Shown here: positions 1-13,357 of the stretch, in pieces
Numbering within the stretch: the first letter of the stretch is position 1
Layout of the letters: every line of letters begins with the position of its first letter
From: Felis catus
Lineage: Eukaryota
Reading direction: 5' to 3'
NCBI RefSeq assembly: GCF_018350175.1
Contig: NC_058368.1
Span: forward strand, 165,728,001-165,792,000
Length of the DNA: 64,000 nucleotides
Made by a program: the position numbers and the translations under genes
The notes under the pieces: generated by a model
What the model saw: the letters and a program-made list of their open reading frames with translations, nothing else
Told to the model about the DNA's origin: nothing
Database searches by the model: none

Positions 1-211
1 CATTAAAATTTAGAGTTTTGTCTCTCTCGTTTTAAATTCTCCACTTAAAGTAAGGACAATTCAGAGATATAAATCTGAAAAGCATCAATCTTTCCACTCA
101 TTCATATTCAATAGGCTTTTGTTTAATGTCTTCAGTGCACTAAGATACATGCTAATATTAAGGATATAAGGATGAATTATCTGACTCTAGGGACCACAAT
201 GTTGTCTTATT

Positions 212-302
212 ATTTTTAAATAATCTCTATACTTAACAATGGGCTCACACTTACAACTCTGAGATCAAAAGTAGCATGATCTACCCTGAGCCAGGTGCCC
301 CC
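212..302 (-). mobile_element. Old short Can-SINE
   Basis: Reverse SINE head (...gagatcaaaagtagcatgatctaccctgagccaggtgcccc); imperfect TSD cacaatgttgtctta / cacagtttgtctta. Confidence 0.7.
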
Positions 303-1524
303 ACAGTTTGTCTTAATTTGATGAATCATGGCAATGAAGATTATAGCAAATTTTATTTTAAGTAATTTATTTTTATTTTCTAAATTTATTCAAAAAGGTG
401 TGAGTCAGAACCACCATTCTATGACATAAAGTTTGACTCAAACCAGAAAATCTCTATATTGTTCAATACTAGTAACAGGAAAAATACTTAAACTTTTATT
501 GTGAGATTTTAGAGTTTCTTAAAAGTTTAGTGATCATTAAAATTCAATTCCTTGGAGCTATAAAATAAAATTATTGCTTTTGCTCTATGTGAATTGGTGC
601 ATATATTATTTAAACTACTGTTAATTTGTGTGCCACACTGAAATAATTGCTCTGGAGTCCATAATATCATTTGTTGAGGAATCAAGATACCATTGCTTGA
701 TTAGATTTAAATTTAATCTTAAAAATTAACCTGAAAATTTCTTCATTTGATTAGACACATGTCTAAATTATAACCAAGAAATGCAAATAATATTTCCATA
801 TATTTACTGATAGACTAGAATTCTAAATTATTGCAACATTGAAACAGGTTTCTTTACAGTATATATTTTCAATTACTTCCAATCAATATATCTGTTGTAA
901 ACATAAAAAGAACAAGTATAGTTAAAATATTAGAGGATAGAAATGATGAATTTAAATATAATATTTAAATAAATGCCAATTATTTATTCATTACAAATTA
1001 TACAAGGAGAGAATATTATTTCAAAGTAACATTATAATATATACTTTATTGAAAAATACCTGGTTATTGAAAATACAGTTAAAAGATAATTAGAAAGTAT
1101 AGTGAACTTTGTGGTAATTAATTAATGCCACAAACAGATATTAAATAACTGTGTTGTATGAAGAAAATTATAATATATACTAAAAACATTTTATAAAAAA
1201 ATTGACACACATTTGACAAAACTTGCTGTATATATATATGTGATAGTCTATGTATATAAAATTTATATTATTTTAGAATAGTCAATAATAAATGATGTTT
1301 TAAAGATCATCAATGATACACAGGCATTTTCCTCTCAATCTTTACTGCAATGATTTAATAAATGATGCTTTGATTGCGTCAAAACTGGAAGTAAACTTGT
1401 TCCTGTCTCCCGTGTTGCTTTCTATTTACCTGGATTGTATATGAAGGAGGATTGACCTGGAATGTATATGAATATCATTAGCTCAAGAGGTAGATCTGAT
1501 GTCCCAATTATAAAATGTTAATGA

Positions 1525-1660
1525 TAATGATAACAATATCTTACTGTATCGCAATCACTTGTTCTAAACACTTTACTGTGTTTACTCATTTACTATTCAC
1601 AGCAAACTTATATGCACATAATATTATTATACCCATTTTACAGTTAGAAAAACCACACCC
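1525..1660 (-). mobile_element. MIR fragment
   Basis: tattattatacccattttacagttagaaaaac resembles the MIR core in reverse orientation. Confidence 0.65.
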
Positions 1661-4600
1661 AGATATAGGTAGGTTTTTCTTTTCTTTTTTCTTTCTTTTT
1701 TTTTTTCAGACCACATGCTCCAAACATATATTCTTACCCTTGTCTCAGAAGCAACCACTAGTATGATTTTGGTGTATATTCATCTAGTCCATTTTTACTT
1801 TTACATTAATATATCTAGCCATAGACAATACATAATGATGTGACCTGTGTTTTAAATGCATATAAATAGTTCAGACTGTATGTGCTGTTCTGAGTTTACT
1901 TTCAATATTTAGACATGTTGATATATGTTTTGCTTATTCCTTTTAATTTTACATTTTAGTCCAACCATCTTAATTTTATAACTATGAAATAAAAGGTGAG
2001 CTAAGTTATTTTATTTAATAAGGTTAATTTAGTAAATTAACATTCAGTTCCCTTGACTGTCAAGCCAGTACCTCTTCCATATAGCAGCCACTACTATTTA
2101 CATCCTGTGCGATCTTGCGTAATACACCATTATAGATTTCTGCATTCTCACTAGTAAATGTGGTAAAGATGATACAACTGAATTAGACGGTCTCTACCTT
2201 CAAATGTCTAAAAGCCACAACTCTGAAAACCTGTTTCATAAGGACTATATTATGTATTTCCTCATGAATATATTGGCTTCTTGACATTACATTTTGTGTT
2301 TTCTCCTGAAATCTCTCATAGTTCTGGTACATACATAGTTAGGGAGGAATCAAGATGTGAGGAACTTATCTGACCACTGTACACTAATCTATCCAATATT
2401 CTTGAATTGCCTTTCTGGAAGAGTTCCTCCATTATGTACTCTGCTATTCTCATTACTTTGCCTACAGGACCAACTTAGTGATATCAAAAGAAATGATAGG
2501 GCTAAAGTCTTTTAAATCATATTTCCTTTTGCCATAGCTATTAAAACTGTCCTTTGCACTTAATCATGTGTGTGTGTATGTGTGTGCGGTTTCTTGAGCT
2601 TTAAAAAAAAACACATTTAAAGAGAAATCCACTAAATGATAGCTTTCTCTAATATGTTTAATATAAATGATGAGGGCTCACACTTCCATTTTCATTCCAA
2701 ATATATACTTTCCAAATGCTTTTGTGTAATATGAAAACCCTTGAGTTCAAGAAGTACTAGGATTTTCTTTATTCTCTGAGTATAATATTTCTAGTCTCCA
2801 ATGTCCTTACAGTCTCTAGTCTCTGATAAATAGCCAGAGGATTAATGTTTTAGTGAAAGCGAGCTTGTCACCTTCAAAAGGAAACCTCTTCAAATCAAAG
2901 TATCTTATGTGCCTTGACTACAAAGTGAATTTTAAATAAACACTGTAAAAGAAAGAGAAATTATCTTTCCAACTATTTTTCTGCTTGTACCAATTTGTAC
3001 CTATGTTATCCACACACAAATGTATATTTAAAACTGTACATACTAGCTTGTGGAGATCTCTATACATATAGAATTCGTAGGAATTCTCTCTTAAGTGACA
3101 ACAACAACAAAGGTAAATGTCTGCACATTGCTTTATTTAAGCAATTTAATTATCCATTATAGGTCATACTATCTTAGGGTAATATGATTGCAAAAATATA
3201 CTGAGAAGAGATAAAAAAAAATCATTCTCCAATTCTTTTAAGGTTCATAGATATTAATGTTAAAATTTAATTTCTCTAGCACAGTAAATTGGTATAACCA
3301 AAAATTTTATTAGATCTCTCATATTCTGGAAACATAGAGGAATCCAAATAGCAAATAAATATGACAAAATTGTTTCATGTCAATAAAGCACTGGAATGAT
3401 GTGGAAAGATGTTACCCAAACTACTAATTCTTTTCTTCTTTTATTCCTGTTACTGACTCATTACCTTCCTACCAAGTTAATGTGAAAGTAAAATGATACA
3501 GTAAGTAGATGCTGAAAGGAGGAATGTCTAAAGGAACAAATAAATAAAAACATTTAAAAATATCTGTCTTGCTTCTACTCACCTGATCTGATTTACTAGA
3601 GAAAAATGTGGTGATTTTATAACTTTAGTTTTATTTGTTTGCCATTTATTGTATTATTCTGAGACCCTCTTTGTTTACTTTTTTTCTAATGGGTAGGGTA
3701 GGTTAATGGTGATTCAGTTTGCTTTATCTAAGAAATCTTATTGATCTAGAAATCATCAGTTTTCCCAACAACTTCAATAGCTTGGAGACTGTTGCATTTG
3801 TCATCACAAAAATCATGTTACATAATTTACGGGTTATTTAATAACATATCTGACAAAGTAATTGTTTTTTTTAATACTGGTTCATTTTAATTTGACTACT
3901 TCAGTGACAGCATCCAGGGAGGCAACTTGAATATTTCTAAATCCATTTTAGGCAAGCTTCTTCTGGGAGGTTTTCATGCTGTTAGTTAATCTCATTCCTA
4001 GTGATTTAATTATTATTTAACCAAAGAAAGTATTATTTTTCTGAGAGTTGCCTGTTTTACCTTCTTTTCTAATTCTTAGTGCCAGTCCTTATAATGAGCC
4101 TATTGGGAGATATAAAGTCTTCTGTAGAATAAACTCATGTACAACATGGGATACTTTTACATATTTGACTTAAAAAAATCATAACCAAATAATTTATGGA
4201 ACAGATAGATAGTGTTCAATACCATTTTACTACTTCTTTTATATATCTGATTTAAATCCTTCACACTGTAGAGTACTAGATTAAGTCTTTTCTAAAATAT
4301 AATGAAAATATTATTATTTCAATATGTATTTATAGTCTCATTATATTTTCAAGAACTATTATCAAAACCAATGACATGTTATAATTTTAGCTTCATGGCT
4401 TAATAAAAGTATTATGTGTAATGAATAAGGGTACACTAAAAAATATGTTTGATCTAAAACACAAAGTGGGACTCTCATAAAAAAATGTCTCAATAATGAA
4501 TTCCACAAAAATGTATAAGAAAAGAACAGTATATGTTAGGATAATATGTGAATTATTAACAGATGCCAATTTTGTTCATTTCTGTCCCAACTTCCATATT

Positions 4601-6149
4601 AACTTTATATTATTTCCTTATTTTGGTTTATGAGATATGAGTCTGACATTACCCCAGGGAGGGGAGTGGTCCTGGGATAACTGTTGGACCAAAATGTCTA
4701 ATTCACAACTTTACATTTGAAAAATAAACATTCCCCTGAAAAGATACAGCTCAAGCAAAAGAAAATCAAATGAAATATGCAGAAGAAAAGATCAGGCACA
4801 AGTAGCCACTCCATAGCCCTCTACCATTACCACTGCTCTTTAAAGAAGAGATTTGAAAGTAACCTAACATGAGTATTAGATGCCGGTGGCATGAACGTGC
4901 ATCTTCCTCTGTCCTCTGTTCCAAATTTGAGACTATAGGATCTCCAGATGGCTGTGTGGGGTGTTAGGAACAGATTGGGCTTAGTGATAGATTCAGGTAA
5001 GCGCAGAAAGTATCTGAACATTTCCAGAGCCAAGAACGCTGTGAAACAGAGGTAAAGCTACAGAGTAGCATGTAACCTAGAGGGCTTTTTCCTGGCATAA
5101 TGAGAGACTGAGGCCATGGTTTCAGAAGATCTCAGTATGAGTGAAAAATAGGGAATCTCCGTACATGTATTTGGAAGTGAATGTATTAATTTATATGACA
5201 TCAGATGAAATACTACTTATATAACATCGCTGAAATGTTATAGGGAGGACAAAATCAATCTATAATTAAAGCAAAACTGTCAAGGCTAAATCTCACAAAC
5301 AAAAAGGATTTCTCTTGAGAAGGGCATTATAAAATATATAATTTAGAAATACATTGAATATCTGGACATATGAAGTTTCCATGTCTAATGAATGAAATTA
5401 CTATTAAAATTAGTTCATATTCCAGAGTCAAAACCTATTACTTAGTTATTTTTAAATAATAACTGTTTTGGCAAAATATCGTGGTCAATTTCTAACTGTT
5501 TAAATGAAAGTTCTGATGATTAATTACAATTGTCATTAGCATGAACAAAATCTCTATGCATACAAAAAATTACAATGTTTGTGTTTCATTAATATTTTGA
5601 TGTGCAGATCAGCAATTATTTTTTCCCAGACATATCAGATTAAAATTCAGCTTTAGCTCAGTTTTATTCAAATTTTTCAGATTGCTTAATCATTGTATTT
5701 TTCCTAGAAATCTTTATTTCTAAACTTTAATAATGGTTAACTCTGAGGGCTATTATTTAATACAAAAGTAGTGTCACGTTTGTGGGTTACATGCAATATA
5801 TTAAGCTCAAATACACACAGACAATAGTCTAGTTGACTTGAAGGACATAGGTACAAAAGAATTGCTGATGAGCATGGAAGAGACTTAGCACCTTGAGAGC
5901 CTGAATGTCCGTATGAACTCTGAGAAATCAAAGTTATGGACGTTCAGTTCTGCCACACAACCGTTATTTATGCTTCTAGGTTTGTCAGATGTAGGTATAT
6001 TTAACAAGTTTACCAACTTCATCTGAACAAATTAAATTTAACATAGTTTACAGGATATACCTAACACTTGCAACTTAATTTTTACTTGTAGAGATCAGAC
6101 TTGGAGTTAGATGTCCAAAATTACTGTTTACATGTCTCTACAATGAACA

Positions 6150-6290
6150 GTCTTTTCTTTTTTTATCTTTTAAGTAGGCTTCACACTCAGTGTGGAGGCC
6201 AATGTGGGGCTTGAACTCATGACCCCGTGATCAAGACCTGAGCTGAGATCACAAGTCAGATGCTTAACTGACTAAGCCACCCAGGCACAG
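6150..6290 (-). mobile_element. Can-SINE, short older type without (CT)n
   Basis: Reverse tRNA head; exact TSD ctacaatgaaca at 6138-6149 and 6291-6302. Confidence 0.9.
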
Positions 6291-6393
6291 CTACAATGAA
6301 CACTTCTAAGAGATAGTGGGAGGTGTATTATTTTAAAGGGATATCAGGGGTATTTTATTTTTAATTTCCATTATTTTGTTTAATTAATTTTTA

Positions 6394-6533
6394 AGATAAT
6401 ATATAATATATAAAGATATTATATATATAGATAATATATATAATATATATAGATAATATATATAATATATAGATAATATATAGATAATATATATAGATAA
6501 TATAAAGATAATATATAATATTAAGATAAATAT
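6394..6533. repeat. AT-rich degenerate minisatellite (GATAATATATA)n
   Basis: Tandem units directly visible. Confidence 0.85.
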
Positions 6534-7608
6534 ATTAGTTTTGTAATTAAAGTAAATAAGACAAGGAAAATGTGTTTCTTTGAGCTGTTTTTGCTTGAAA
6601 TTAGGAAGATAAAACTATATTCTACTTCTTTGTATAGAAATTAATTATTCCAATTGAAGCAAATGTAACATTTATATTCAAAAAAATTAAGAGATCCCTT
6701 AATCAAGCTAATAATATAAGAAACATAAAGGGTCCAACTTTTGTTCTAGATTCTCTCCCTAATATTTGCAAACTTTCCTTAGGATTATTCAGTGATATGT
6801 ATGACTTCAACTCTAGCGAGACTCGATTTACTGTTTCTATGGTTTACTGAGGTTTATTTTATACACAACAAAATTCACTATTTATTGGTGTGTACAGTTT
6901 ATTTTGATACATTTATACAGTGATGTAACCACCACCCCAACTGAAATAGGAAACATTTTTATCATCCCAAATGTCCCTCATGGCAGTTTGCACTCAACTC
7001 CCCATCATTGCCAAAGTCAGGCAATCATTGGTGATCACCGTCCTGATTTCTGTCCCTGTAATATCCCTTCTCCAAAAAGTCATGTACTCTGTAGTGTGTA
7101 GACATTTTTTGCCTAACTTATTTCACTTAGCATAGTTTTGATATTTAGTCCTGTTGTTGCTTATGCTAGTGATTCATTATTATTATTTTTTTCTGAGTTG
7201 TAATAAGCAAGCATGGACTGTGATATATCTTTAAATAATACCAAATTGACAACTATTTGAGTTGTTTTCAGTCTGGGATTATTGTGGGAAAAAAGCTGTT
7301 ATAAATATTTACACACAAGCCTTATGTGAACATGTGTTTTCCTTTCTCTTGGGTAAATGATTAGAAGAAGATTTCAGGTAAGTACAAATTGATAAGACAC
7401 TGCCATGTTCTTTCCCAGAATGGTGGCACATTTTGCATTCCCACCAGCAATGTACAATATTTCATGTTGATCTGATTTCTTGTCAGTTTTGTACTTTCTG
7501 CTTTTTGTATCCAGTAAGTATGTCATTATATCTCATAGTGGTTTATTTTGCATTTACTAAATAACTAATGATATGAACAGACTTCTATAATCTTATCTGT
7601 CATTTATC

Positions 7609-7676
7609 TTTTTTTAATTTTTTTAACATTTATTCATTTTTGAAAGGCAGAGAGAGACAGAATGCGAATGAGGGAG

Positions 7677-7719
<43 letters not shown>

Positions 7720-7848
7720 GAATCGGAAGCAGGCTCCAGGCTCTGAGCCATCAGCACAGAGATCGATGCGGGGCTCGAACCAACAAACTGTGAGATCATG
7801 ACCTGAGCAGAAGTCGGACGCTCAAGTGACTGAGCCACCCAGGCGCCC
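7609..7848 (-). mobile_element. SINEC_Fc-type Can-SINE
   Basis: Poly-T, (GA)n, body ending gagccacccaggcgccc. Confidence 0.95.
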
Positions 7849-8019
7849 TGTACTTATCTCTTTTTTGATGAGACATCCATTCAAATCTATTACTTCACTT
7901 TAACTAATTTTTGGTTAACTTATACATTGTCTGCATATATTCTGGATACAAGTTCTTTACCAAAAATGTGTTTGGCAATTATTTTCTCCCAGTCTGTGAC
8001 TTGCCTTTTCATTTTCATT

Positions 8020-8218
8020 CTTTTTTTTTTTTTAAAGTTAATTTATTTATTTTGAGAGAGAGACAGAACCAGTGGGGGTGGGGCACAGAGAGGGAACAGA
8101 GGATCTGAAGCAGGCTCTGTACTGACAGCAGTGAACTCGTTGCAGGGCTCAAAGTCACAAACCGTGAGATCATGAGCTGAAGTCAGATGCTTAACCAGCT
8201 GAGCCACCCAGGCGACCC
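8020..8218 (-). mobile_element. Can-SINE
   Basis: Reverse SINE; TSD ttgccttttcatttt / ttgcctttacatttt. Confidence 0.92.
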
Positions 8219-10202
8219 TTGCCTTTACATTTTCTTAATGATGTTTTTAGAAGAGCATAGTATTAAATTTTAACAGAGTCCAAATGGTTAGGGTTTTTAC
8301 ATATTTTTTGTCTCATATGGAAGAAATCATTTCTTAATCCAATGTCACAAAGATTTTCTCCCATGTTTTCTTAAAGAAACTTTATAGTTTTAGGTTTTAC
8401 AGTTAGGTCTATTATCCATCTAATATTGGATTTTATATATGGTGTAAAATATGAGTCAAAGTTCATTTTTATATGAATATATAATTTATCTAGTACCATT
8501 TCTAAAAAGACTATTACTTTCCCAATGAATTACACTGGCATCTTTCTCTTTGTAAAAATATATTGAACATTTTTGTATGGATCTATTCTTGGGCACTATA
8601 TTCTCTTTTATTGATCTATATGTCTATCTCCTTGCCGATTCTGTACTAACTTGATTACTGTACTTCATTATATGTTTGTTTTGAAGCTGTTTGGTTAATG
8701 TAGGTCATACACATTTCCTTACAAAATTTCATATTGGCTTATCAATGTCTACAAAAACCCTGCTGATATTTTAATTGCAATAGCACCAACTCTATATATT
8801 TAATTGGGAAAATTGCTAACTTAACAATATTGAATTTCCCGTCCATTAACTCAGTAGATACTTTTCTATTCACTTGGGTCTAGTTTAATTAACTTCATCA
8901 ATATTTTGTAGTCAATATTTAGTAGTTCTAAGCATAAAGTTTTTACATATTTTCTTTAGATTTATAGCTGAGTATATTTTATTAATGCTATTATCAATTT
9001 TTTCTGCCACTTTTAAATTATTTTTGCCAATAACTATATATGCCTTTATGTTTTTATTGACCTTTTGTCTTGAAACCTGCAAAAACTCACTTATTAGTAT
9101 AAGTGAGTTGGGTTTTTCCCCCCAGATTATTTAGGGCTTTCCATACAGTTTTTCATGTTATCCTCTCCCATCCTCCCTCCAGTGTTATTTCTTGTCTTCA
9201 ACCTTTATGACTTTTATTTGTTTTTCTTACATTATTTGACTGGGTAGGACTTTCAGTACAATGTTAAACAGAAGCTGTGAAAATGAACATCATTGCCTTA
9301 TGATTTTAGGAGAGAACTATTCAGTCTCTCACCATTAAGTACAAGGTAAATGTGTTTCCTAGAGAAGAACTTCTATAAGTTGAAAGTTTCCTTATATTCC
9401 TAAATGCTGAAAGTTTGTATAATGTACATGTGTTGAAATTTGTCAAAAATTTGTCTGAATGTATCAAGATAATCATTTATATTTAATTCTGTTGATAGGA
9501 TGATTTATGCTGATTGGTTTTTAAATGTTGAACCAATTTTGCATTCCTAGAATAAATCCCATATTGTCCAGATTTATTATCTTTTTAATACACTGCTGAA
9601 TTTTACTTACTAATATTGATAGAGAATTTGTGTGTTCACATTTGTGAGGAATATTGGTCTACAATTTTTCTTTTCTTGTAATCTCTGACTGGCATTAAGC
9701 TAACGGTGTCCTCACAAAATGAGTTGCAAAGGGTTCTAGTAGAGGTTGTCTACAATTAGTATCAATTCTTCCTCAAATATTCTGTAGAATTCACCAGTTA
9801 AATCATCTGATCTGCAGTTTCTTTAGGAGAAGTTATTTAATAATGCATTTGATTTATTTAATATATACAGGGTTGTTAATTCTTCTTTAATGAATTCTTC
9901 TGTTATTTTAAATATTTCATAGATGGTCCATTTCATCTGATTTGGTGAATTTATTGAGGTCAAATTATTCATAAGGTATTTACCTTTACTGTTCGTAGAA
10001 TCTGTAGTGAAGTCCCCTCTTTCATTCCTGGCATTTGTAATTTGTGTTAATCCCATATTAATGTAATTTGTATTACATTAATATATTTTCTCATATATAT
10101 ATATAGATATATGTCCATGTGTATATGTGTGTAATTAATAAATATCTAAGCCATTTACATATAGGCTAGAGGTTTGACTTAGATATTTATTAGTTTCACT
10201 GA

Positions 10203-10430
10203 TTTTTTTTTTAATTTTTTTTTTTTAACATTTATTTATTTTTGAGACAGAGAGAGACAGAGTATGAACGGGGGAGGGGCAGAGAGAGAGGGAGACACAG
10301 AATCGGAAGCAGGCTCCAAGCTCTGAGCCATCAGCCCAGAGCCTGATGTGGGGCTCGAACTCACAGACTGCGAGATCGTGACCTGAGCTGAAGTTGGACG
10401 CTCAACCAACTGAGCCACCCAGGCGCCCCC
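10203..10430 (-). mobile_element. SINEC_Fc-type Can-SINE
   Basis: Reverse SINE; TSD ctgatttttttt on both sides. Confidence 0.95.
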
Positions 10431-10718
10431 TGATTTTTTTTTCAAAAGCAAAAATTGGTTCATTGAGTTTTCTCTACTTTTTTTGTTTTCAATTTATTTG
10501 ATATCTGCTTTTATGGTTATTATTTTCTACCTTCTGTTTGCTTTAGATTTACTCTGTTCTTTTTCTAGTTTCTTAAGGTGGGGGAGGAGTTTAGATTATT
10601 GATTTGAGGTAACTCTTCCTTTTCAGTATCTGCATTAATGCTGTAAACTTCCCAGTTTACGTCGCTTTTTGCTGCATCTCAGAAAATTTCTTATGTTGTG
10701 TTTTCTTACTTTGAAAAA

Positions 10719-11497
10719 CAGTAAAACCTTGGATTGTGAGTAACTTGTTCTGTGAGTGTTCTTCAAGACAAACAAACATTTCTAATAAATTTTAAGCTGA
10801 TAAACGAGTGATGTTTTGCAATATGAGTAGTACATGATGCCGAGTGTCACATGATCACAACTGATTCAATGGTTCTTCTCTCTCCCACTGCAGGATTGTG
10901 GGTGATTGTCTCCCATGCTTGGATGCTTCGTCTCAGGCTACAGTATTTAGTACAAATCAGTGATTTTTCAGAACATTGGAAGGTGTCACAACTAGCACTA
11001 GTGTATTTTTTATCACTTCAGAGCACCTACGGACAGTCTTGCTTTCCCATACAAGAGTAAGCTTAGGAATGCTTTGCTTCATTCTAGGTCAGGCTGCCTG
11101 CAGATATAGATCCTTTCCTCTGCTGCCTTATTCCCAGTTACATTAAATACAGTATATGACAAGAGTTTATTAATACTACACTGTAGTATACATCCATTAG
11201 TGATAGTGAAAGTCGTTCTACACAATAACCCTCCTCTCTTGTCTCCCTCACACCAGCCATGAAAGTTTTCAAAGGTAAGTACTAGTTAATTTGTTTACTT
11301 TTCTTTATATTTTGTATTTTTTAAGTTTTGTATTATATTACAGTATTATAATCACTTTTATATGAGTATTTTTTGGGTTGTGAAACAAGTCATCTGAGTT
11401 TCCATTATTTCTTATGGGGAAATTCACTTTGATATACAAGTGCTTTGGATTACAAGCATGTTTCCAGGACAAATTATGCTTGCAAACCAAGGTTTTA
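10719..11497. mobile_element. Non-autonomous Tigger-type (TcMar) DNA transposon
   Basis: Terminal inverted repeats cagtaaaaccttggattgtgag ... cttgcaaaccaaggtttta; no transposase ORF; interrupts colinear L1M sequence. Confidence 0.8.
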
Positions 11498-11575
11498 AAC
11501 CATATTTTCAAATTTCGCACGGAATTTATTTTTTGAACCAGGGTTAGTAAGAAGTGCATTGTTTTGTTGCCAAAA

Positions 11576-12358
11576 TGTATTAGTTTCTTATTGCTATTAG
11601 CCAATTACCATCAACTCAGTGGCTTAAAATAATATAAAATTATCATATTCCAGTTATGGAGGTCAGAAGCTTAAGAATCTCATGGGCCTAAAATTAAAGT
11701 GTCTTCAACATCACATTCATTCTGGAGGCTCCAGTAAGAATTTGTTTCCTTGCCTCAGTTGGCTTCTAGAGGCCACCTTCATTCCTTGGGCCCTTCCTCC
11801 ATCGTCAGAATGCATGACATAAACCTCTGTTTCCATAGTCATATCTTTTTCTTACTTTAAACCTCCTGCCTCTCTTTTATGAAGACACTGCCCTCTGCCC
11901 CTCCCCACTTGCTCCCTCTCTCTGTCTCTAATGCAAGACAACAACAAAAAAAGGAGCAACTGGATGAGTCAGTCCATTGGGCATTTGACTCTTGATTTTG
12001 GCTTTCCTCCTGGGTCACGATCCCAAGGATGTGGGATCAAGCCTCAAATCAGGCTCCAAGCTGAGTATAGTCTCCTTGGGATTCTCTCCCTTCCTCTCCC
12101 TCTGCCCCTTCCCTGTTTGCACTTGAGAGCATGCCTCCCTTCTTGCTCTCTCAAAACAAAAAAAAAAAAAAAAAAAAAAAAACTGTTAAAGACCCTTGTA
12201 ATTACATTAGGCTAACCCACATTATCCAGAATAATCTTGCTATCTCAACAATCTTAATTTGATCCTTAATTTAATTACACCCCCACATCCGTTTTACCAT
12301 GAAAAGTAACATATTCATAGTATTAGGAGATCTTTGAGGTGCCATTAGTATATCCACA
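11576..12358 (-). mobile_element. MLT1 (MLT1C/D-like) MaLR solo LTR, interrupted by SINEs
   Basis: tgtattagtttc...ggaggtcagaag...ggcttctagaggcc...tatccaca; TG..CA ends; flanks caaaa / aaaaa. Confidence 0.85.
11889..12182 (+). mobile_element. SINE doublet: 5'-truncated SINE tail (11889-11952) followed by an older full Can-SINE (11953-12182)
   Basis: ccctctgcccctcccc..A-tail, then ggagcaactggatgagtcagt head and a long poly(A); flanks aagacact / aagaccct. Confidence 0.8.
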
Positions 12359-12422
12359 AAAAATATTTGGGGATTTTTATAGATATATTTATATTATTGA
12401 TTTTTAGTTAAATTTTGCTCTG

Positions 12423-13357
12423 AAGATAGGTTGGAAGATGGCAGCATACGAGGGCGCTGGGCTCACCGCATCCTGCTGATCACTTAGATTCCACCCACAC
12501 ATGCCTAAATAACCCAGAAAACCACCAGAAGACTAACAGAATGGACTATCTGGAGCCAAGCGTAGACAAGAGGCCCACGGAAGAGGGTAGGAAGGGCGGA
12601 GAGGCGGTGCATGCTACACGGACTGGTGGAAAGGAGCCGGGGCAGTGGAGGGCCAGCCAGCCCAGCAAGGCAGAGGCCCTGAAGTCTGGCTTACAAAAGC
12701 TGAGGGGCCTGACTCCGTGAGTTCTGACAGCCAGCAGAACTTAACATCTGGAATGGTAAAAGTCAACAGCTCTGCTCAGAGAGCGGGAGGGCAAGAGGAC
12801 ACCAGGAGGGAGAGTTGATGAGCCCCGGAAGACAGAGTTCAGCTCAGTGGGGAACAAAGGCATTGGCAAGCGCCAACCCTCTCTCCCATCCCCCAGCCGT
12901 AATCCCAAAGGGAACCAGTTCCCATCACCAAACTTGCTTGCACCGCGCAAACACCCAATGCTGTGCTTCTGTGGATCCATCCCTCTGACAGGTCTGCCTC
13001 CCTCCCAGTGTTGCAGGGCCCCCCTGCAGGAGACCACCTACGGAAAAGTGAGCTAAGCCTGCCCCTTCCACTCCTGTGCCCCTTGTGGATCCAGCCCAGC
13101 TAATACGCCAGTTACCATCAAAGCAGCACCACAAGCCTGGCAGTGTGCAAGTAGCCTGGACAGGGACCACACCACTCCACAGTGAGTCCTGCCCCTGGGA
13201 GAGGGGAAAATAAAGTACACACCAGTATGACTGGCCCCATCAGTGGGCTGGGGACAGACATCGGGTCTGACTGAGGCTCCACCCACCAACACAAATTACT
13301 CCAGACAGCATAGGGGAAGGGGCCTACAGTTCCACACCACCCCAGGGACTACCCAAA
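12423..13357 (+). promoter_or_regulatory. L1 5'UTR / internal Pol II promoter (CpG-decayed)
   Basis: Begins with a YY1-like aagatggc motif; GC-rich; lies upstream of the ORF1 ATG. Confidence 0.75.

Noticed and set aside
677..2357. 13-mer gaggaatcaagat occurring twice
   Set aside because: No element structure between the copies; compatible with chance
7372..7383. TTTCAG|GTAAGT, resembling a recursive splice site
   Set aside because: Upstream sequence is purine-rich (gaagaaga) with no polypyrimidine tract, and it lies inside old L1
12741..13292. Antisense ORFs in the L1 5'UTR (possible ORF0 analogue)
   Set aside because: GC-rich sequence yields chance ORFs in several frames; no similarity to a known protein and ORF0 is described for primate L1
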